From: Fidelibacterota bacterium
GTDB taxonomy: Bacteria > Fidelibacterota > Marinisomatia > Marinisomatales > TCS56
NCBI GenBank assembly: GCA_043822705.1
Contig: JBDRBK010000191.1
Location: 1-23,057 of the forward strand
DNA: 23,057 bases
Reading direction: 5' to 3'
Every line of letters starts with the position of its first letter. Position 1 is the first letter of the stretch. Shown here piece after piece: positions 1 through 6,647 of the stretch. The notes beneath the pieces were generated by a model. It worked only from the letters and a program-made list of their open reading frames with translations, was not told the DNA's origin and searched no databases. Position numbers and translations under genes: made by a program.

Positions 1-555
1 TACTTGATTTTTGGTAGTTTTCTCGCCGCCGGGTTCAGCTTTAACTATTATATTCATACCGAGCAGGGACGTTACAGCTGGGATAATATTAAGCTCAAAA
101 TGGCCGTATTCGGGAAACTGTTCCACATGGTCGCAATTGCCAGATTCACAGCGACGTTGCAAACGCTCAATAAAAGCGGCCTACCAGTTCTCCAATCCCT
201 GAATATCGCATCCAAATCGTCCGGTAACAAGGTGATCGAACAGGCAGTCCAGCAAATCATTGCCGGCGTGAAAAAGGGACAGGGTATGACAGTCCCCTTC
301 CGCAACAGCAAGATGTTCCCACCGTTAGTTATTCAAATGATTTCGGTCGGTGAAGAGTCCGGTTCTCTGGATGATATGCTGCGCAATATATCAGAACATT
401 ACGATTCTCTGGTGGATGACGCAGTGGACGGACTGATGGCTGCCATCGAACCGATTATGACAATTGTGATCGGTAGTATGGTGGCATTGCTGGCGGCCGG
501 AATGTTCCTGCCCATGTGGGGTATGATCGAAGCCTTCCAGGGCGGTTCTCCATGA
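1..555 (+). CDS. pilC: Type IV pilus/T2SS inner-membrane platform protein (PilC/GspF/MshG family), 5'-truncated
   Basis: Second cytoplasmic T2SSF domain motifs ARFTATLQTLNKSGLP, FPPLVIQMISVGEESGSLDDML, IEP and final TM ending FLPMWGM. Frame is open to the window edge. Confidence 0.93.
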   Translation, partial: YLIFGSFLAAGFSFNYYIHTEQGRYSWDNIKLKMAVFGKLFHMVAIARFTATLQTLNKSGLPVLQSLNIASKSSGNKVIEQAVQQIIAGVKKGQGMTVPFRNSKMFPPLVIQMISVGEESGSLDDMLRNISEHYDSLVDDAVDGLMAAIEPIMTIVIGSMVALLAAGMFLPMWGMIEAFQGGSP

Positions 556-605
556 TCTTATCAACAATATGCAGCGGTGTTTCAGTTTTAAACGTATTTC
601 TCATG

Positions 606-621
606 ATATCTGCCGCGATCG
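606..621 (+). promoter_or_regulatory. Candidate regulator box ATATCTGCCG-NN-ATCG (copy 1)
   Basis: 14/16 identical to 5799-5814; both copies lie just upstream of sigma54-like elements. Confidence 0.45.
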
Positions 622-636
622 GTTACATTACTGGGC

Positions 637-651
637 TGGCACGGTTATTGA
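637..651 (+). promoter_or_regulatory. Putative sigma54 (-24/-12) promoter of the pilin gene
   Basis: TGGCACG-GTTA-TTGA versus consensus TGGCACG-N4-TTGC (one mismatch at -12), about 50 nt upstream of the pilin ATG. Confidence 0.65.
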
Positions 652-702
652 GTTAATGCATGATATAAAAAGTTTTTACACTTGAATAAAAGGAGATTAT
701 CA

Positions 703-1119
703 ATGAAAACAAACCAGAAAGGCTTTACACTAATTGAGCTTGTTATGGTTATTGTCATTTTGGGTATTCTGGCAGCGGTAGCAATCCCGCGTTTCATCAA
801 CCTTACAACTAAAGCTGAAGTCGCTGCTGAAGACGGTATCATCGGAGCCTTGCGGTCTGGTGTTTTAACCTATTCGGTGAATATGATGGCTTCTGGTAAC
901 ACAACCAATCTTTATCCTTCCGACCCCTTTGATGCGTTGCAGCAATGGCCAACCGGATACGATTCATCCGATCATGATGCTGCTGACGCTGCTAGCGAAT
1001 GGACGTTCAATACCTCCGATAGTACGGTGTCACACATGCGTAAAGACGGTTCGACCATCTCAACTTGGGATTACGACCCAAGCAACGGTCAACTTACAGT
1101 TCTCGTCCAAACTCAATAA
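703..1119 (+). CDS. Type IV major pilin candidate (MshA/PilA-like), 138 aa
   Basis: AGGAG RBS at 691-695, ATG at 703. Class III signal MKTNQKG|FTLIELVMVIVILGILAAVAIPRF with E5 and P22. Has its own promoter and terminator. Confidence 0.9.
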   Translation: MKTNQKGFTLIELVMVIVILGILAAVAIPRFINLTTKAEVAAEDGIIGALRSGVLTYSVNMMASGNTTNLYPSDPFDALQQWPTGYDSSDHDAADAASEWTFNTSDSTVSHMRKDGSTISTWDYDPSNGQLTVLVQTQ

Positions 1120-1141
1120 GCTAACGTACTTTCTCAGATAC

Positions 1142-1177
1142 AAAAGCCCTGTGGGTAAATTCCGCAGGGCTTTTTTT
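1142..1177. terminator. Bidirectional Rho-independent terminator
   Basis: AAAAGCCCTGTGG-gtaaatt-CCGCAGGGC followed by T7, located between convergent genes. Confidence 0.88.
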
Positions 1178-2006
1178 ATTCCAGGCCACTGAAGGATTCC
1201 ATCGCGAATAGTGCCTCGATCTCGGTGCTGTTAAGGGCCCGATTATAGATCACGACATCATCAATCTTCCCGGAATAATAGTAATTAAAACCACCGAAAG
1301 AAGCGCCGATTCTAGGTTCACGCGTCCACTGGTATACCTTACTGCCGATTTTGGAATATTGGGTGTTTTTTTTGCCGGCCAGTTTACCGTTAATATATAT
1401 TCTGATCGCTTTTCCGTTGAATGTCAACCCGATAAAATACCATTTATCCTTACTAATTACCTGCCGCGAGATAACTTCTTCATTGTACTGGGGATAACCA
1501 AATATATTACCGATTAACCGCTGTTGCCTGAGCGCCAGTCCCCAGTGTCCGCCACGTCCGATAATGCCATGATCGGCAATATTCTCGGTCGCATTAATCC
1601 AGCAAAGAACGGTCAATCCACTATCAATACTTTGCATGTCATAACTCGTGGGCAGGAGTACATAACTATCGGTACCATTGAATTCAAGGGCACTATAGGG
1701 CATATCAAATCGATCAGGTGATAACACCGCCCCATGTATAATACCATCATTCTTTTTCCGGCTTTGATCAGCCGCGTCATTGCTAAAGATATAATTTCCG
1801 ATCATACCGCCTGACAGGTCCGTGCTTTCAAAAACCGGCGCATCGACCTGAACGGGAACAGCCACGTCTTGCTGAAGGGAATCGGCCGGTAATTTCCCAT
1901 TCTGAAGTTTTTCAATATATTCATCACGGCGTATTATTAAAATGATAATTGAAATAACAAGTACAAAGAATACCATTTTAGGAAAAGACTTATAACTCGT
2001 TGCCAT
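1176..2006 (-). CDS. Membrane-anchored LamG/concanavalin A-like domain protein
   Basis: N-terminal TM (VFFVLVISIIILII), then DRF..SALEFNGTDSYV, KWYFIGLTFNG..IRIYING and YSGKIDDVVIYNRAL..EI motifs. GAGGA RBS on the minus strand. Confidence 0.88.
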   Translation of the reverse strand: MATSYKSFPKMVFFVLVISIIILIIRRDEYIEKLQNGKLPADSLQQDVAVPVQVDAPVFESTDLSGGMIGNYIFSNDAADQSRKKNDGIIHGAVLSPDRFDMPYSALEFNGTDSYVLLPTSYDMQSIDSGLTVLCWINATENIADHGIIGRGGHWGLALRQQRLIGNIFGYPQYNEEVISRQVISKDKWYFIGLTFNGKAIRIYINGKLAGKKNTQYSKIGSKVYQWTREPRIGASFGGFNYYYSGKIDDVVIYNRALNSTEIEALFAMESFSGLE

Positions 2007-2319
2007 CAGCTGTCCTCGTCCGATTGACGTTCAATACTAATACCTGACGAGAAATTTAATAAATCCCACCGATAAATTGTTGAAAAGTTTGGTGTACCTG
2101 TTTTGATATTCCTTACTGATCACGCTTGTGATGACCGTTATGACTACGAAGCGAAATATTTTTAAGTAAATTATGGATAATTTTTTAAATTTGACTATCT
2201 TAGCCATGTCTTCCATAGAGTCACTATCATAATTAGGACTGATGCTGAAAGCAGATTGTTGAATTACTATAAAAAAACGCATTTTCGACTAAATTCAGTT
2301 TAACTCAGGGTCACGGGAC

Positions 2320-3333
2320 ATGAAAAAACAAGTCAGTAAATTTGATAAATACGTCGCACGAAATTTCGGCTATGGAACACGGACCTTTACGACTAAAGAG
2401 TTGATATTATTCAGCGAGAAGTTGCTGGCACAGATTAAAAAACATGTAACCATACCTGAGGCGTTGGAAACAATTTTTCAGACTACCGGCGAACGTACCT
2501 TACGAATGATGCTGATGAGCATGGCTACCAATGTCCAGGCCGGGACTTCCCTCTCGCAATCAATGCTTACTTTTCAGGATGTCTTCCCAAACTATTATAT
2601 TGCCGCTATAATGGCAGCCGAACGTAGCGGCAAGTTCGTCAAAGGATTGGAAAGCCTGATTATTCTATTGAAAAATGAAAAGACTAACCAGGAATATCAG
2701 GGATTAATCAGCCTGTACGCTCGCATGGTGTTCTATAACTTAATTATCGCTGTAATAATCATCCTGGTCCAGTTCAAAATAATTAATTTCTCAGTAAACA
2801 GTGTTTTGTTGACGATTGTTTCCCTGGTTTCGATTACGTTGTTCTCAAGTATCCTGTATCGTTTCTTCACTGATGAAAAACAGCGCTACACGGCCGAAAA
2901 ACTGATAGTCAAAATACCAATCATCGGAAAATTATACATCTATAACAAAATCAGCCGATTTTGTTACATGTTTGATGTTTTTCAGCAAGCCGGATTACCG
3001 TTTCTACAGAATGTTGAATTACTTGGCAATTACATGGACTGTAATATCTGCTATCATGACTTGATAAATATCAATAATGGGCTTCGTGCTAAATCATCGG
3101 TTCAATCCGTGTTGGATTCACTCGAATATTTTCCCGAGATGCTGGCCAAGGAACTGTTTTTATATCAGGCCGGCGACAGCAAAGTCGACAGCATCCGAAA
3201 TTATTCCAATTATGTCAGTGATGAAATCCGGGAAAATTCAGTATTGCTGATTTCAGGGCTGAAATCGGTGTTTATCTGGTCATCCATTATCATATTAGGT
3301 TGGATATACTTTCTAATTATCCTAAAATTATAG
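2320..3333 (+). CDS. Divergent PilC/GspF-family platform protein
   Basis: ELILFSEKL...IPEALE, VQAGTSLSQSM..FQDVFPNYY..I.AAERSG, KIPIIGKL and SRFCYMF..FQQAGLP match both T2SSF repeats; three TM segments. Confidence 0.8.
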   Translation: MKKQVSKFDKYVARNFGYGTRTFTTKELILFSEKLLAQIKKHVTIPEALETIFQTTGERTLRMMLMSMATNVQAGTSLSQSMLTFQDVFPNYYIAAIMAAERSGKFVKGLESLIILLKNEKTNQEYQGLISLYARMVFYNLIIAVIIILVQFKIINFSVNSVLLTIVSLVSITLFSSILYRFFTDEKQRYTAEKLIVKIPIIGKLYIYNKISRFCYMFDVFQQAGLPFLQNVELLGNYMDCNICYHDLININNGLRAKSSVQSVLDSLEYFPEMLAKELFLYQAGDSKVDSIRNYSNYVSDEIRENSVLLISGLKSVFIWSSIIILGWIYFLIILKL

Positions 3334-3409
3334 TACCAAACGGATTGAATCCCACGATGAAGCGACATCCTGATATAATTCCCATAAATCAATTAAACGG
3401 ACGTTTTCT

Positions 3410-4447
3410 ATGATCGATATCCTGGAACTGTTAAAATTTACTGTCAATTCCGGTGCTTCGGACCTCCATCTGAATGCCGGTTCGGCCCCAATGGTGAGGA
3501 TCGATGGGGAGATGCGGAAAATTGATATACCCGATTTGTTACCAGACGATATCCATCACCTGATCTACGATATTATGACCGATGATGACCGGAAGAGATT
3601 TGAGGAAAAATGGGAACTCGATTTCAGTCGTGAGCTCGGTGACTTGGGTCGCTTCCGGGTCAATGTATATTATCAGAATCATGGTAAAGCAGCCGTATTC
3701 AGGACGATTCCAAATAATATCATGACTTTGGAAGAGTTGGGTCTGTCAAAGATTCTAATCAAATTTTGCGAACTGGAGAAGGGCCTGGTTCTGGTTACCG
3801 GGCCGACCGGCAGTGGTAAATCCACCACGCTGGCGGCAATGGTCGATTACATTAACCGGACCCGTCGCTCGCATATAATTACGATCGAAGACCCGATTGA
3901 ATTTGTCCATGAAAGTAAAGCCTGTCTGATCAGCCAGCGTGAAGTCGGACGGGATACACACTCATTTGCCAATGCGCTCAGAAGTGCGCTTCGCGAAGAT
4001 CCCGACGTCATACTGGTCGGCGAAATGCGCGATCTTGAGACAATATCGCTGGCCATCAGCGCTGCCGAAACCGGACACCTGGTATTCGGTACCCTACACA
4101 CCAACAGTGTCGCCAAAACGGTCGATCGGATCGTGGATGTATTCCCCACCCAGCAACAGTCGCAGATCCGGTCGATGTTCGCCGATTCGGTCGAAGGTGT
4201 CGTCTCGCAATTGCTGTTCAAACGCATCGAAGGGAAAGGTCGGGCCGCCGCGCTGGAAATCATGGTGGCTTCCACTGCCGTCCGTTCTCTGATCCGTGAA
4301 AATAAAACTTTTCAAATCAGTTCCGCGCTGCAGACCGGTTCATCGCTGGGTATGCGCACAATGGAGCAGGCTGTCAAACAATTATACGAAAAAAGAATTA
4401 TTTCCCGGGAATTAGCAGTGGAATTCATTGGAGATAAGTCAATCTGA
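3410..4447 (+). CDS. pilT: Type IV pilus retraction ATPase PilT
   Basis: ASDLHL, Walker A GPTGSGKST, TIEDPIE, LREDPDVILVGEMRD, GHLVFGTLHT, and AVRSLIRE (AIRNLIRE-type motif). Confidence 0.96.
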   Translation: MIDILELLKFTVNSGASDLHLNAGSAPMVRIDGEMRKIDIPDLLPDDIHHLIYDIMTDDDRKRFEEKWELDFSRELGDLGRFRVNVYYQNHGKAAVFRTIPNNIMTLEELGLSKILIKFCELEKGLVLVTGPTGSGKSTTLAAMVDYINRTRRSHIITIEDPIEFVHESKACLISQREVGRDTHSFANALRSALREDPDVILVGEMRDLETISLAISAAETGHLVFGTLHTNSVAKTVDRIVDVFPTQQQSQIRSMFADSVEGVVSQLLFKRIEGKGRAAALEIMVASTAVRSLIRENKTFQISSALQTGSSLGMRTMEQAVKQLYEKRIISRELAVEFIGDKSI

Positions 4448-4503
4448 TTTTAAATTATGCCGCAAACGACATTTCATGAACAAGATCAGACCAGGGAAAG
4501 AAT

Positions 4504-5625
4504 ATGAATTTCAGTGATTTACTGAAAATGATGGTCGATAAAGATGCCACCGACCTATATATTACAGTCGGCAGTCCGCCGATGTATCGTATCGGGAAAG
4601 AAATCTACCCGATAAGTTCTACAAAACTGACACCAGCGTTGACCGAAAAAATAGCTCTCTCCTTCCTTGATGAAAAACAGGCACGCGAATTCCACGAGCA
4701 ACGTGAAATCGATATAGCCTACAGTGTACCCGGCGTCGGTCGGGTGCGGATCAACGTCTATCGCCAACGGGGATCGGTCGGTCTTGTACTACGCCACATA
4801 AAATCAGAAATCCGCACGCTCAAAGAGTTACGGATGCCTCCGATTATTGAAAAATTATGCGATACGCCCCGCGGACTGATACTGGTGACCGGTGCCACCG
4901 GCAGTGGAAAATCCACTACCCTGGCGGCAATGATCGACCATATTAACAGCCATCACACCGGGCATATCGTTACGATCGAAGATCCCATGGAATTTCTGCA
5001 TTATCACAAGAAATGCATTGTCACTCAGCGTGAAGTCGGGATGGATACCGATTCGTATCAGCGTGCGTTGAGAAGCGCGTTGCGCCAAACGCCGGACGTT
5101 TTGCTGATCGGGGAAATCCGCGATCAGGAAACGATGAAAGCGGCGCTCACTTTTGCCGAAACCGGACATCTGGTTTTCAGCACCCTGCATTCAGTCAATT
5201 CCAATCAGACGCTGGAACGGGTAATGAATTTTTTTCCGACCGATAATCACCCGATGATCCGGCAGCATCTATCGCTTAATCTTAAATCAATTCTATCTCA
5301 ACGTCTGGTACAACGGGCCGATGGCAAGGGAATGGTCGCTGCAATGGAAGTCCTGATTAATACGTCACGTATCAGTGATCTTATCCATAAAGGCGAAATC
5401 GATACCATTAAAACGACGATTGCAGCATCCCGTCAATCCGGTTTACAGACTTTCGATCAACACCTGTTTGATCTTTATCAGGAAGGCGTGATCAAACTGG
5501 AGGATGCCTTGACGGCAGCCGACAGTGCCAATGATCTGAAATTGAGAATCAAGATGGAAGGTGCCGAAGAAAAGGTCACGAACCGTTCAGTGATGACGGA
5601 AGCAATTTCCTTCCGCGAGGATTGA
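4504..5625 (+). CDS. pilU: PilT/PilU-family retraction ATPase (PilU-like)
   Basis: ATDLYITVGSPP, GATGSGKST, TIEDPME, LRQTPDVLLIGEIRD, GHLVFSTLH, QTFDQHLFDLY, ADSANDLKL; directly downstream of pilT. Confidence 0.9.
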   Translation: MNFSDLLKMMVDKDATDLYITVGSPPMYRIGKEIYPISSTKLTPALTEKIALSFLDEKQAREFHEQREIDIAYSVPGVGRVRINVYRQRGSVGLVLRHIKSEIRTLKELRMPPIIEKLCDTPRGLILVTGATGSGKSTTLAAMIDHINSHHTGHIVTIEDPMEFLHYHKKCIVTQREVGMDTDSYQRALRSALRQTPDVLLIGEIRDQETMKAALTFAETGHLVFSTLHSVNSNQTLERVMNFFPTDNHPMIRQHLSLNLKSILSQRLVQRADGKGMVAAMEVLINTSRISDLIHKGEIDTIKTTIAASRQSGLQTFDQHLFDLYQEGVIKLEDALTAADSANDLKLRIKMEGAEEKVTNRSVMTEAISFRED

Positions 5626-5798
5626 ACTTGGTGAATTAATTAATGACGTATGCACCATTGCTGGTGTCATATTAATCGGACAATTGTTACATATTGGAAC
5701 AACTAAATGCGAAATACCATATATCATTCGGCGCTCGACTCACTGTGGCTATGTCATATATATCCTCCTACTTACACAGATTATCAGCTGTATTAATA

Positions 5799-5814
5799 AT
5801 ATCTGCCGACATCG
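5799..5814 (+). promoter_or_regulatory. Candidate regulator box ATATCTGCCG-NN-ATCG (copy 2)
   Basis: 14/16 identical to 606-621. Confidence 0.45.
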
Positions 5815-5832
5815 ATGGATAAATATATGGTA

Positions 5833-5848
5833 TGGCATAGCATTTGCA
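5833..5848 (+). promoter_or_regulatory. Putative sigma54 (-24/-12) promoter of the pilin-array operon
   Basis: TGGCATAGCATTTGCA with exact GG-N10-GC spacing, in an AT-rich intergenic region 47 nt before ATG 5895. Confidence 0.75.
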
Positions 5849-5894
5849 ATATAGATTAATAAATATCGTCATAACCAGGATAAACGAAACGCAA

Positions 5895-6107
5895 ATGAAC
5901 ATTCAAATTGTGACTTTGATTATTGCGTCAGTCAGTGTGCTGACCGGCATACTTTTATTGTTTTTCCCCAGCAAATTGACGAATGCAATTGAAAATACCA
6001 ATATTATTGTATTTACGGACTCGCTTTTTTTTCGATACCCATATTTAACCGGTGCCGTACTGACCGTAATCGGAGTCGGCCTTCTGACAGTTTATGTGCA
6101 GGTGTGA
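5895..6107 (+). CDS. Small two-TM membrane protein (70 aa), paralog of 14600-14806
   Basis: ATG 5895 preferred over TTG 5844, which overlaps the promoter. Two hydrophobic helices; ungapped similarity to the 14600 ORF. Confidence 0.72.
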   Translation: MNIQIVTLIIASVSVLTGILLLFFPSKLTNAIENTNIIVFTDSLFFRYPYLTGAVLTVIGVGLLTVYVQV

Positions 6108-6170
6108 TTGATATGTGCGGACGATCACATCATAACCTTGCCCCATGGATTAACTTGAAATGATCAGGGC

Positions 6171-6647
6171 ATGAACAGATATAAATCCAAAGAAGGTTTT
6201 ACGCTGATAGAATTGGTAATGATCATTGCGATCCTCTCCATTCTATCGGCAATCGCGATTCCAAAAATTACCGATATAATAATTATTTCACGCGAAAAAG
6301 CGACCAAGGGCGAGATGACCGAATTAAAGAAAGCCATCATGGGTGATCCTTCCGCCGTAGCCGGTGGCACCCTCGTTGACAAAGGGTTCAATGGCGATAA
6401 CGGTCGCCTGCCAAATCCGATAGATGAAATGATTACCCAAGGATCCTTGCCTGACTGGAACCGCTACACTCAGCGCGGCTGGAACGGGCCTTACATCTCT
6501 GATGACGGCGCTGACGAATGGAAAAAAGACGCCTGGGGTAATGTCTATGTGATACACAGTTATTCAGCCGGCGATACCAGCCTGGTCAGTCACGGCCCGG
6601 ATGGCGTCCTTGGCGGTGGCGACGATTTAATCCTTCACCTAAAGTGA
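6171..6647 (+). CDS. Prepilin/pseudopilin, GspG-like (158 aa)
   Basis: MNRYKSKEG|FTLIELVMII; GWNGPYI, KDAWGNVY and SHGPDGVLGGGDDL match the GspG C-terminal pattern. Confidence 0.88.
   Translation: MNRYKSKEGFTLIELVMIIAILSILSAIAIPKITDIIIISREKATKGEMTELKKAIMGDPSAVAGGTLVDKGFNGDNGRLPNPIDEMITQGSLPDWNRYTQRGWNGPYISDDGADEWKKDAWGNVYVIHSYSAGDTSLVSHGPDGVLGGGDDLILHLK

Noticed and set aside
2037..2282. 81-aa minus-strand ORF and ATCAC-N4-GTGAT palindrome (2119-2132) in the divergent intergenic region
   Set aside because: No RBS or motif in AT-rich promoter DNA; the palindrome is too short to support alone.
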